A DNA stretch of 64,000 nucleotides from Picochlorum sp. SENEW3 (Eukaryota). The stretch lies in the NCBI GenBank assembly GCA_034226945.1, contig CP120461.1:868001-932000 (forward strand), given 5' to 3'. The position numbers and the translations under genes are program-made. Under the pieces are notes generated by a model that worked only from the letters and a program-made list of their open reading frames with translations, had not been told where the DNA came from and searched no databases. Below, in pieces: positions 31,832 to 43,791 of this stretch; position 1 is the stretch's first letter; each line of letters begins with the position of its first letter.

Positions 31832-34800
31832 ATGGCTAATGGTGTGCGACTCGTTGATCTTCTGAAGAGGGACTCGGAATGGGAGTTTTGTCGTGCAGAG
31901 GAGCTTGGTCAGGTGGAGGTGGAAACCTGCCCCGTGACTCGGCTGGCTGTTGACGATATGGTCGAGGCATCTGGACTGGCGGAGGCTCCTCCACCAGAGT
32001 ATCATGTTGATATGACTTCTGTGCAGCGAGGACATGTCTCTGGGGGTTGGGAACATCATGATTGTGATGATGATGGGTTTGAATATCCTGCATCACTGAC
32101 ACAGGGGTCGCCAGGGTGCGGGAAGATGGCATGGAGCAGTCGGGTGGATGTATTAAGGAGTGAGAAGGATCGTCCTGTGGAAGATGCTGGTCCTGTGAAG
32201 CGTGTGCTGCTGCCTCCTCAGCCTGCGCCTCTTGCGGTCAGGGAACAACAGGAGGAGAATCGAGAACAGCAGCAGAAGGCAAACGAGCCACATTATCAAC
32301 CATTATTTGATCATCATCTAAAAAGCAAGGATTTACAACCACAGCAAGAAGAAAAGCAGGCAACGCCTGGGGTCATGTTTACAACTGGGGGTGGTGCTGC
32401 ATTGAAGATATCTAAAAGCAAGTTGGAAGCAGCGTCTCGGCTCTTTGATGGACTTGAGGAGACACCTGCGAAACAGAATAATAATAATGATGATAAGAAG
32501 GAGAATATCATGAAAGGTCAAGCGAGTGCTCCATCAAATATGTTTATGACTGGGTCTGGGTCAAAGATTTCTATATCAAAGGATAAAATGGCTGCTGCTG
32601 CTAAACTGTTGGATCTGGATGAGGATTCTGATATTACCCCTTCTCGAGGTGTCTCTAAAAACAGCAACGCGACTCCCGCGCCCAAGGATGTGCAAGCGAG
32701 TGTTGCTTTGGCAAAAACACCTGCCCCAGCTGGCAAAGGATGGACGGCATCCAGGAGTCGCTTTGCGCCCCCTGCAGCTTTGGGTGCCACGTTTACGGCG
32801 CCCAGCAAGAAAAAGATGCCAGAATTTCAGACTCCAGGGAACCATGCAGCTGTGACAAAGCGTCCTCGGAGCAGTACAAGCAGTGTTGAGCATGCAAATA
32901 CTCCAGGATTGGTAACTCCCCAGGTGTTTCAGCAGACCAAGCAGGTTCCGCATTCGACTGAGATGAAGCATATGAATACTCCAGTGAAAAAAGTAGAATT
33001 GCCATTGACGCCACAACTTGCCAGCAGGTATCTTTTTGATGGAAATTATGGGCCAGGAGATGTTCGGTCACTTCTGCTTACATCTGGTGCAAAACCCGAT
33101 GTGGTTCAGGATGATTGGGTCAGGTATGTTGATACTGTCGTCGTATATAGATGTCTATAGTAATGAGATAACATACCTAATGTCGTCGCGGTGTGCAGGA
33201 ATCATTACATGTGGGTGGTCTGGAAATTGGCCCTAGTTGAGCTACACCTTGATAGGCCTGGTACTCGATTGACTTTTGATTCTGTCCACAAGGAATTACA
33301 GCACAGGTATCAGAAAGAGTATGTACAAGGAAAGAAATCGTTTCTTAAAGGTGTCCTGCAGCGGGATTATCCACTCAAGGTTCCATGTGTGCTCAAAGTA
33401 GCATCCATCCAGCAGTCGCCCCAAGCTGCAGTGCTGGAGCTGAGTGATGGGTGGTATAGCATCACATGCAACTGCGATGAAAAACTGGCACTTTTAGCTG
33501 CTCAGAGGAGAATCTATGTTGGGCTGAAATTGAGGCTGGTGGGTGCGGAACTTGTCGGTGGGAATCCTGGAGAGCCATTGGTGGCAACAAAAGAGACACG
33601 AGTATTTCTTCAGTATAACCAAGTCCACCCGATACACTACACGTCAAAATGTGGCATTCAAAAGTATAATAGAATCCCGGTCACTCCTATATCTGCGATA
33701 GATGAGAAGGGAGGGACTATTCCTAGAACAGTTGTGTCTGTGCTTTGTGTCTTTCCCCCGCTGATGTGGTCCAAGTTGCCCAGCGGTGTTTCGACATTTC
33801 AAACGGTATCATTGGCAGCAAAAGCTGAGACTTATTTGGATGCTGAGATGGTAAAGATAGCAGATAAAGTAAAGGACGATGTCGAGAAGGAAGAGATACA
33901 CATGTGTTCCTTGTGGTTGAAGCAGGGCAAGCCAGATGGTATGAAAAAGGTGGAAAGGCTGTATGCCTCCTTAGTAACATCAGCGGGAGGAGATGACTTC
34001 ATGGAGACTCTGAATGAAAGTGATAAGATGTGTCTCGAAAAGTATGTCGCGGAGAGAAGGATGGAATTACAAGATATACAGCAGCAACGATGCAGAGAGA
34101 TGCTGGGCTCTGAAGTCCCTTCCGCTCTAGGAGCAAGCAGTATTCCTTGCCAAACGCTGCTTGTCGGAGAGGTATCAAAGCAATCATCTCCTGGACTCGG
34201 CCCTATGGAGTATTTTTCCTCGAGCATTCGATCAGTGAAAACGGCCCTTCTGACGCTGTGGAAACCACGCGATGATATGCTCAGACTGAAAGAAGGTGAC
34301 ATTCTCTCCATTACCTCGGTCGATGTGTTCAAGAGGGATGTCAAGAGCCAAATATATAGAGGACCCTTCTTGGAATCTCTCAAACATCTCCAAACGTCTC
34401 CCAAATCTGTGTGCACACAGGTGGAGAGGGCAAAGATTGATGCCACCAGGGTGGTCCAAGGATCGTCACACATCCGCAACGTGACAATCCAAAAGCTGCT
34501 CCATGATGCCAACGGTGGATACATGCTCCCAAACCTCATCAGCATGAAAGGAATAGTATTGAAAGCATCCTCGCCATCCCTCGCTAGTGATTACTCACAC
34601 CATTTCCAATGGATTTTTGCAATCGATGCCTCCCAGCAGGGCAATGAGTCTGCCTGGACCATGGCCATCCTCCTCGCTGGGCCGCAGGATGCCATCAAGT
34701 GGGTAGACGACACCAAGGCATGGACAAGCTACCACTCATTCGAAAACGTGGAAGTGTTTGGGTTCGATCATTCAAACCAGATTGTTCAAATCAAGGCAAG

Positions 34801-34921
34801 CATGGGAACATCCATCACCACAATGCCTCTGGAAGAGAACACTGCCTTGGCCTCTGTTTCCAAAAATACGCCCCTGTTGGAATCTCTTAGGGACAAAGCC
34901 AACAAGTTGCTCTCATCGTAG
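31832..34921 (+). CDS. BRCA2: BRCA2 homologue; intron 33124-33198
   Basis: Two BRC repeats (FTTGGG...ISKSKLEAASRLF; FMTGSG..ISISKDKMAAAAKLL); WVRNHYMWVVWKLA helical domain across the intron; LELSDGWY (OB1). Confidence 0.9.
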
Positions 34922-34935
34922 CATGTAAAGAAGAC

Positions 34936-35172
34936 CTATCCCACCTTTTTATGCTGCATCTCAGCCAACTTTCTTTTATACAGTTCCTTATCCCGAATAA
35001 CCCCTTTGTGAAGATTCTGCGCTCAATCGCAATCACATCAGCCGTTATATACATACAATGTTTCTATATCCGCCCATACCTCTCGCTCTACCTTCTGTCC
35101 GTGGTGAATGTAGGCAATGCCCAATCCAGTGACCAAGGTCGTACCCACGAGGAATACCGTGCCACGTTTCAT
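34936..35172 (-). CDS. PET117: Cytochrome c oxidase assembly factor PET117; exons 35172-35080, 35016-34936 (57 aa)
   Basis: Spliced MKRGTVFLVGTTLVTGLGIAYIHHGQKVERE|NLHKGVIRDKELYKRK matches the Pet117 pattern VH..Q..ER..LH.GV.RD.ER. Confidence 0.85.
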
Positions 35173-35223
35173 CCACAACCAATCCAGATAATTACAAAAA
35201 GGAAATAAAGAATAATACATGTA

Positions 35224-36453
35224 TCATGCTCTCTGCCACAGGATACCACTGCCTGCGACATCTGGGGCTACATATCTGCATGCAGCATAGTCTTGCCACA
35301 AGGCTTTGAATATAAACCGATCATCCTTTTGGTAATACTTTCCCAGTATAGGCTTCAATGCTTCCGTTGCTTCTTGTGCATGATAATGAGGCATCTGAGA
35401 GAAGAGATGGTGGGTGACGTGGGTATCTGCAATATGATGGTGCAAGGTATTCAAAAGCCATCCATAGTTCCTGTCCACAGTTGCCAGGGCACCCCGGAGC
35501 CAATCCCACTCTGAGTCAGTATAATGAGGGAGAGAAGGATGCGTGTGCTGCAGCAAGGTAATCATGACCAACCAGAAGTTGACAATCAGGTATGGAATGC
35601 CATATGTCTTCACCAACCAACCCCATCCCCATGCCTCTCCAGCCCTATACAAGCCATAGATAACAGCCACCAGGGATACATCGCTCACCGCCACTTCAAT
35701 CCTTTCACGCTTACTGAAGATTGGAGACCATGGATCGAAATGGTTGACCCACGTATGTCCAGGATATGGCCTGGACTTGACATTGAACAGGAGATACATG
35801 GGCCAACCCAACAACAGAGATCCCATCAACTTGACCAATCGATACGGTCCAAACTGTTCCCATTCAAAGTCTTCCGTCACACGATCTCTCACCTTGGGCA
35901 CAAACACCTCATCCTTATCCACAGACCCAGTGTTTGAATGATGCCTCCTGTGGGAATGCTTCCATGAGTAGTATGGCACCAACAGGAGGGAGTGGAACAC
36001 CAACCCAACCCCATCATTCACCCACTGGTACTTTGAAAAGGCCTGATGACCACACTCGTGCGACAGCACCCACACCCCGGTCCCAACAGCTCCCTGGAAA
36101 AACCAGTAGAGAGGCCACAGCACGCCATACCGAACCCTAGAATCCTCCACAGAGTCAATATACGTCGACCCCGCGTACAACATGGCAATCATGGAAAGAT
36201 CCACCAACAAATACAGGAGAGATCTGACCAAAGACCTCTCAAAGCAGTGCGCAGGGATGGCTTTACGAAGTTGTCCAATCGTGAAATCTGGCGTGTTTGT
36301 CGGCTGTCTCTTGGCAGCATCCGCCTTTGCATTCGTTCCATTACCATTCTTGATATGATCCATTTTCTCACCTGCTTGAGCCGCATCAGAAGCGTTGGAC
36401 CGTCTCCTCCGTTTTACAGCCATGGCCACGCTGCTGTCGTCTACTGCTGCCAT
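35224..36453 (-). CDS. FAD2: ER omega-6 (delta-12) fatty acid desaturase
   Basis: His boxes HECGH, HRRHH, HVTHH; AIPAHCFERS; WDWLRGALATVDR. Confidence 0.95.
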   Translation of the reverse strand: MAAVDDSSVAMAVKRRRRSNASDAAQAGEKMDHIKNGNGTNAKADAAKRQPTNTPDFTIGQLRKAIPAHCFERSLVRSLLYLLVDLSMIAMLYAGSTYIDSVEDSRVRYGVLWPLYWFFQGAVGTGVWVLSHECGHQAFSKYQWVNDGVGLVFHSLLLVPYYSWKHSHRRHHSNTGSVDKDEVFVPKVRDRVTEDFEWEQFGPYRLVKLMGSLLLGWPMYLLFNVKSRPYPGHTWVNHFDPWSPIFSKRERIEVAVSDVSLVAVIYGLYRAGEAWGWGWLVKTYGIPYLIVNFWLVMITLLQHTHPSLPHYTDSEWDWLRGALATVDRNYGWLLNTLHHHIADTHVTHHLFSQMPHYHAQEATEALKPILGKYYQKDDRFIFKALWQDYAACRYVAPDVAGSGILWQRA

Positions 36454-36919
36454 GAGAGTCTGCGATCAGAGAAGAAACAATATGTAGTAGTACAACTGTT
36501 ATATGAAAGAATTAAATGATACTGTTCTGATTCCGATCTGTGGAGTCGGCTGCCTTTGTGGAAATGTGTCACGTGGTCATCTACTTGACGCTTTTTCGAC
36601 TAGCCATATATGCCATGTGTATATGTGTGTGTTCGACTCCATGGTAGGTATGCAATAGGCATCCAGATGATATACAGATGGAGGATGCAAGTATACGATC
36701 TCGTTGCATGTAAAGGCTATATGCATTTGACATGGTGCCATGCATCTGCATGGCTGTTGGACTCACTCTTGAGTCGATCTCTTGAGAGAGATTTATTTAT
36801 TTATTACGGAGATGCGGGTAGACGGATCCCAATACAATTGTACCCTGTTCTACTATTACCACAGTGTTAATCCTTTTTAAAAGAATATTTTATATTTGAA
36901 GAGTATTCTCTTGTGAAAT

Positions 36920-39900
36920 ATGCATGTGGAGAGGTGGCCACAAGGCAAGAGGGAACCCGAGGTTCCCAGGACGCAACTCACGTTAAAGGAAACGATGAAT
37001 AGATACCGGGCGCGAAGAAACCCTATCAATCTTGCTAGAGAGAATGATAGTAGTAATAATACGAATAAAGAGAATGGAGAAGAAGGTGAGGCGAAGAGGG
37101 ATGCGATCCAAGGAGCTGCTGCGAGGGATGCGATTTGCATGAACATGGCACAAGGGAGGAGCACAGTGGCGGAGGAGGGACGATGGCAATGGCTGATCGA
37201 TCGACGAGATGGCCAAGGGAAGAGGCCAGAAGATGTAGACTTCGATCCTCGAACACTGTATATTCCCGACCAAGGGCTTCGTGGCATGACAAAGTTTGTC
37301 TCACAGTTCTGGTCTATCAAGAAGAATAACTTTGATGTGGTGCTGTTTGTTCGTGTGGGGTCATTTTATGAGCTGTACGATGAGGATGCTGATGTCGGAT
37401 TGAAGATTGGTTTGAAGCCCATGGGGACGGGGATTCAAAAGGTGAATATGTGGAAGGTGGGCTGTCGTGCATCGAGCTTTGACTTTTGGTGTATGAAGGC
37501 ACTTTCATTGGGCCATGCTGTTGGCAGGGTGGAAGAAATCCATGGGGCAGAGGGGCATGGTACTATACTTCAGAGGGAATTAGTGCAAGTATATACGCCT
37601 GGGACATGCAGGATTGCATGTTGGAATTTCGATGCTGACAGTCAGGTGCAAGATGGTGAGGGAACGGCAATGTTGTTGGCTCTGTGTGAGAGTGGGTCGG
37701 CTACAGATGGACTCGTTGGCGCGTGTTTGCTTGATATCGATAGAGCAACTCTGCGTATTGCTCAATGGCACGAGATAGATTATGAGAAGACTATTCTGAC
37801 CAGGGTGCTGAGTGATACAAATCCAACTGAGATTGTCTGTCGATCGAGGCTGAGTGAAGAGACGAGGCGTGTGCTTGCACGGTATAGGCCGTTGGTGGCA
37901 GAGGGGATCGATTCAAAAGCATCTATACGATTTTTGAGGGTAGATTCGGACAGGTGTATTGCCCCCCAGGGGCCAGGATTTGATGACGAGGCGTGCATGA
38001 CAGGGATTCAGAGACTGGTGGAGACATCTTTCGGTGTGGACTGTGCTTGGTTTTCTGATTCTCTCCGATCGTGTGGAGGGGGCGATATGTCTTTGCAAGC
38101 TCTTGATATAATGGTTCATTATTTGAAGGATACAAAGATTGGGCGTGGTGTCATGAGACGAGCTAGGGTTGAAAAGATGATTCATTTTTCACCCTCTGGT
38201 GCTGCAATCAATGGCACCATGATGCTGGATGGGACTGCATTGAAGACGCTGGAAATTCTACAGGGATCTCTTGGGACTGTGAAAGGATCTTTATATGAGT
38301 TTTTGGCCTCTGAGACTCAAACAGTAATGGGGAAAAGATGCATCTGGAAGTGGTTGTTGGCCCCTTTGTTCCGGCATGCTGATATCCAGGAGAGGCTCCT
38401 GGTTGTGGATACTTTCCGGAAAATTGATGTCGAGCCATTGCTGGAAGCATTAAAGTGTCTACCTGATGTAGAAAAGATGATGCCTGTGGTCGCTCAGCAG
38501 TTATCTCAGCTTGATCTAAAGGAAGAGGGAGAAAGCCTATTGCACCTCGCTGGCGACACAAGCCTGACAGCACATCTTCAGAAAACTGTATGCTGGGGAC
38601 AGATCAAGGGGTTCTGCTCTGTGATTCGATCTCTTTTATACTTTTCAGAGTCTTATCTGGAGTTCATCGACAATCTGTCTTCCACAGAAGACAATTTATT
38701 GGACAAGATACCAGTCTTTCAGAGAAGCAGAGAAGCATGCCATAGAGCTCGGCATGCACTTGTTCCAATGGCAACCTCTATCCCTCTCCCAAGCTCAGAT
38801 CTGAAGAAGCACGACCCTGTGATACTACCAGAGGGCATTTGGTATAATGTGGATTCATGTGCTGCTGAAATGAGAAAAAGTCAGGAGATGGTAGATGAGC
38901 ATGTCAAGGCCATGGTGGCCATGATTTCGAGCTCATTCACTGGGAAGAAAAACGTTATAGGAAAGATTCGGATGAAAGGAGAGGCAGAAGGAGCTTGTCT
39001 TGAATGTCCAAAAGCACTCGAATCTCACATATCTAGTAGATTTGGCTGGATTCCGTTTGAACGCACAAGGAGTGGCATTTTGTACAGAGACAACATGCTT
39101 GTGGAGCTCTCTGTGAAAGCTGTCGAAGAGAAGAGAGCATACAATGGGGTGGTGTTTCAGGTCCTCTGCATCCAGGGAAATAGATTTTTGGATGAATACA
39201 CGTCCCTGCTCAATTTATGCCAATGTATTGGAGAGCTCGATGCGTTGGCTTCATTTGCGTTTGTTACAACCAGGAACAAGAGGAATTTGGCATTTACTCG
39301 TCCACAATTCAAGAGGGCTCATGCGGGAATACCATGCTTGCAGCTCAATAATGTTTGGAATCCTCAAATGCTATCATCAGATGGTATCAATGGTTCAGAC
39401 TCATCTCTGGTGACAAACAGCATTGCCATTGGCGACATGGCACCCAGCACCCTGCTCATTTCTGGAGCAAATTCTGGAGGAAAGACAACCTTCCTGAAGA
39501 CTGTCTGTATTGCCACCATCATGGCCCAGATTGGATGTTATGTTCCCTGCTCAGAGGCAATCATTTCACCTGTTAACAGAATAATGACGAGGATGGGAGC
39601 AAGAGATCGCATAGCAGCTGGAGAGAGCACATTTGCCATCGAAATGAAAGAGACATCTGCAATTCTAAACCAGGTCGACAAGTATTCCCTGGCAATTCTT
39701 GACGAGCTTGGTCGTGGTACATCCCCAAACGAGGGCGAAGCAATTGCTTGGGCAGTACTCAAGTCTCTTTGCAATACATGCAGGGTGCTGTTTGCCACTC
39801 ACTACCACGGTTTGAACTCTTCCTTTGAGGCCAATCCGATGGTCTCTCTGCATCATATGCCACTCATCAATCCAGAGAATGAGGCTGATAGATTCAAACT

Positions 39901-40241
39901 ACTACCTGGTACGCTTTCCATTTACTTGTATCTGCCAGGTCTTTGATTCATCGAGGTTGAAATTTTCATTTGCAGGACCAGCACCAGACCAGTCTTCTGG
40001 AGGAATCTTGTGTGCCTCCAATGCTGGAATTCCAGACAGCGTCACGTCAAGAGCCACCAGCATTTCCAACCACATTAAATTCAAGTATTATACTCCCACA
40101 CGTGAGCATTGTGCTATGATTTGCAACGTATTGTGCAGCCTGCAAAGATTGCTCACACGGGTAGACCAGGCTAGTCAAATTCTTGAGTTTGTCCAACAGT
40201 GCCAAGCTGAGATTCAAAAGGCATTAGTGCACGAGCAGTAG
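36920..40241 (+). CDS. MutS homologue, MSH6/MSH7-like and divergent; intron 39909-39975
   Basis: FDPRTLYIP, QFWSIK, GSFYELY (Phe-X-Glu), Walker A SGANSGGKT, GESTF, DELGRGTS, FATHYH, C-terminal NAGIP. Confidence 0.85.
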
Positions 40242-40255
40242 ATCATTCTGTACAC

Positions 40256-41830
40256 CTAGCGCACGAGCCATCCTCTAATGCTACCATCTTCTGAGAAAGA
40301 ATATATTCTGTAATCTGTTTTCCACATGATATTCCTGATGGGTTTTGTATGCCCAGAAAAGTGACACACGCAGTCTCCTCCCTCCACGTCCCAAATCATC
40401 AAAGAATTTGTTTCAGATCGAGTTGTTGCGACATATTTCCCCGATGGAGAGAATTTGACAATATTCAACCTGTTTGAGGCATGCCGTAATGATGATGCCG
40501 TCCACGCTGGAATATCTTGGGGCAATGGAACGCTAACCTCTTCCAAGCAAAAGCTCTCTAGTTTCACTGGAGTGTCTGTGATATCCCAGATATGCACAAA
40601 CCCATCGCTACATGCGCAAGCAAGAAGAACCATTGCCTCAAACTCTCCCTCTTTAATCATGATACTATCTGCAGACGTAGGGCAGCCGCGAAGCCCATCA
40701 ATAGCCATGCATGGTGCTGACAGTTTGCCGTCAACCCAGCCTGTCTCCTTGTCATAAACATCCCACAGCAAAATCCTTGCTTCTTGTTGCACCAGCTGCG
40801 CATGCGCTGTCATCAGATATTCCCCGCGAGAACTAAATGTTATAAAATCACACAACACGACAGGTCCAGATTCCCAGGCAATTTGCTCAAAGCATGACCC
40901 ATCTGGGATGTTCCACAGACGACACACAGAGTCTCCAGAGGCTGAGGCACACATATCCCCAGACGTCGACAAAGCTATTGAACTCACCAAAGACGAATGA
41001 CCCGTCATTTTCCCCAAACAATGTCCACTCTTGATATCCCATATGCGAAGCGTGCTGTCTGTCGACGACGTAATCAACACGCTGTTACATGGTGTGCACA
41101 CCAGTCCATTAATCCTATTTTCATGGCCCTCCAGCACAACCTCTGCCTGCACTTCTGGAATGCTCCCACCTCCCATTGCATTCTCAATCACTCTTTCGAT
41201 AGTTGAAATCCTCCATATTCGAGCTGTCTGATCCAGAGAACCAGTGAGCATCCATTCCTTGCTCGGAGACAGTGCCAGAGTTGTGACAGCATCACTGTGA
41301 CCTCTGCACACTGCAAGAATCGATCCCATCATGCCATCACACACATAGCAACCACCATCCGATGTAGCACAAATAAAGCACATCTTCCCTCCCAAATCAC
41401 ATTCGATCGAATCGTAAATCACAGCCCGCTTGGGAGTGGTTGCAAAAAAGCAACATGCCATACTAGAGACCATCTTCCTCAGCTCACGAAAATTCTCCTC
41501 TTGCTCTCCAATCAACGAAGGATCAAGCTCGAAAACCCTTTCATACGACCGAACTGCGTCTTCAAGCACTGCCAGCGCTGCATCCTCCTTCTCCTTCTTC
41601 ATACGGCCCCCTACCACCTCCAGCACTCTTGCTTTTTGAAGATGACCCAACGCCCACCGAGGCCTCACTTCAATCGCCTTCTCAGCGCATGATTTTGATT
41701 TCTCTAATACATCTTTACGTGTATCGCTACTGATATCGCAGTCTAAAGCATCACGCAGAAACTTCTCTGAGTCTTTCACGAATCGAACTGAAAGGGAGAC
41801 AGGATCGCCTGGCGTCTCTATGCCACACAT
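40256..41830 (-). CDS. TPR plus WD40 repeat protein
   Basis: N-terminal TPR-like helices; repeated GH...W-D/R/N blades (GHSDAV, GHENRI, GHSSLV, GHTKPI). Confidence 0.8.
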   Translation of the reverse strand: MCGIETPGDPVSLSVRFVKDSEKFLRDALDCDISSDTRKDVLEKSKSCAEKAIEVRPRWALGHLQKARVLEVVGGRMKKEKEDAALAVLEDAVRSYERVFELDPSLIGEQEENFRELRKMVSSMACCFFATTPKRAVIYDSIECDLGGKMCFICATSDGGCYVCDGMMGSILAVCRGHSDAVTTLALSPSKEWMLTGSLDQTARIWRISTIERVIENAMGGGSIPEVQAEVVLEGHENRINGLVCTPCNSVLITSSTDSTLRIWDIKSGHCLGKMTGHSSLVSSIALSTSGDMCASASGDSVCRLWNIPDGSCFEQIAWESGPVVLCDFITFSSRGEYLMTAHAQLVQQEARILLWDVYDKETGWVDGKLSAPCMAIDGLRGCPTSADSIMIKEGEFEAMVLLACACSDGFVHIWDITDTPVKLESFCLEEVSVPLPQDIPAWTASSLRHASNRLNIVKFSPSGKYVATTRSETNSLMIWDVEGGDCVCHFSGHTKPIRNIMWKTDYRIYSFSEDGSIRGWLVR

Positions 41831-42027
41831 TTCAGCCAAAATGACATATAACTATTACAATATTGGATTTGCAGAACATGAGGAGCTTTTTGATTCGTAT
41901 TTTTATCTGTGGATCCGCATTCAACAAAGTTTGACTCAAATATAGAGGTCAAACTCTCACAATTCAGTCATGAAGTAGGTTCTAGGTATTACATGATGAT
42001 TCCACTACGTACACACTGCATTTGAAT

Positions 42028-43360
42028 CTACTCTGAGCCATCAGGGAACTCATCCAAGGCTCCCTTCTCACCATTGACATAGTGCTTAACGATTGCCAGC
42101 ATACGTTCGAATTTATTAGGGTGGTAATTCACATGAATCATGGCTGGGACGGTTGTTCCAAATTCCTGTGGTCTGTGTCTAAGGTATTTGAACAATACCT
42201 TGGAATTCATGAATATATGGATATCCATCACTCGTCGTGTCACTGCTGGGTCCTGGTTTCCAGGGCTGTTTGGGAAGAAGATGCATTCATTGAACAATGC
42301 CTGATCCCAGCCATTCTCCGTCTCCACTCTATGGATGAGCTTATCCAGCAATGCCATTGTTGCAGTCGATGGTCTGATGTAGAACAAGCCTGAATTAAAA
42401 ACAAAGATTCTCATGGAATGAGCGTACCGTGACCAACCCATACTTTTGTCATCCTGGATCATGAGGAAGAATAAAACTTGATTAGAATGTACCTACACAT
42501 ATGCCAAAGACACGCCAAAGATATCTACGTACGTATACATCATTGTACCCATAAGCTGTCTGAGTATCCCATCCATCACTCATCGATTCCACATCACTGT
42601 CCCTGACCAGGTGGTCAAATGGATTCTTCAACGTGACGACATCCACATCCGATAAGAGTACCGAATATCCGAGATCCAAAAACCGCTTGAGAATGCGAAA
42701 TTTGAGGGCTGACACCGCATGATTGCTCCCTGCATCCTTTTGAGATTTCGGAATCTCTAAAGTCATCCTAAATGCAGGCAACCCTCTCTCCTCCACATTC
42801 TTCTTCGTCTCGTCATCCAAGGCAACCACCATGGCATTTTCTACCTTTGCTCGTTTCACCCCATCCATCCAAACATCCAACATGCCACCCTTTTGTGCAT
42901 AATTGATATTACTCACAGCAACCAAAACCTCATTGTTGATGGCCACTTTTTCCAAAAATGCCGCAAGTTCAGGGTCCTTCTTGTTCTTTTTAGCACTTGG
43001 AGTCCACACAGTATGCCTTCCAATACATTTGCCTTTCTCTTGACCTGCCGAAGACATGCTTTGCGCGTCGGAAATTTGCTTTGCCAAGGCCTCCGTCTGT
43101 GCAGCAGCTTTTTCCAGTGCCTCGTCCCGCTCTTTGCTCAACTCCTGTACCTTTTTCTCCAACCTATGAATATCTTCCAACCATTTTTCCTCTGTAGTAC
43201 CACTGGATTGAATGGCAGCCAAAGAACTCCCCCCAGCCCCTCGAGGGATCCTGTCTGTCTGGATCAGTGCAATACAAGCCCCCAGCGCAAAGCCCAGAAA
43301 ACACACAAAGATCAGGGCTTTCCTTTTAGAAATAGTTATTTCAGCACGTTTCGCGCTCAT
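42028..43360 (-). CDS. RRA: GT77 arabinosyltransferase, RRA-like; intron 42532-42454
   Basis: Type II TM plus coiled coil; NHAVSALKFRIL, LLSDVDVV (DxD), AYGYNDVY|DDKSMGWSRYAH, FNSGLFYIRP, HVNYHPNK. Confidence 0.9.
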
Positions 43361-43791
43361 TGGTGCCTTTAAATCGTACACACTATCGCCCCTAACAACC
43401 CAAATATTCTACTGTATACTACAATTCATTCCTCGCTGCCATGATATTTGAAACCTCAATACTTGGATTACAATAGATGTATAGTTATAGAGACTTCAAG
43501 GGGATATTCGGGGCGATTCGGACATTGACTTGTGGTACGGCAATCAGACTGCACTCATCATGGTTGAACCCACACCTGCCATCAGGCTGCAGGTGATGGA
43601 TGGTGCCGCTCATCAATATATATTAGATCGGCACATGCCTGGAGGAGGTTTTTGGATGATACATGGATGAATGCAGCATCCCGATGCCGGGTTGAAAAAA
43701 TCCAGTATGCAGTAGGAATGGCCATGGCCATTCCTAGAACAAGAGGGAGAGCTGACCTGTTGTTGCCAAGAAAAAAAAGTAAAATCATAGC

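Noticed and set aside
36625..36645. GTTCGACTCC resembling a tRNA T-loop
   Set aside because: No T-stem pairing or cloverleaf
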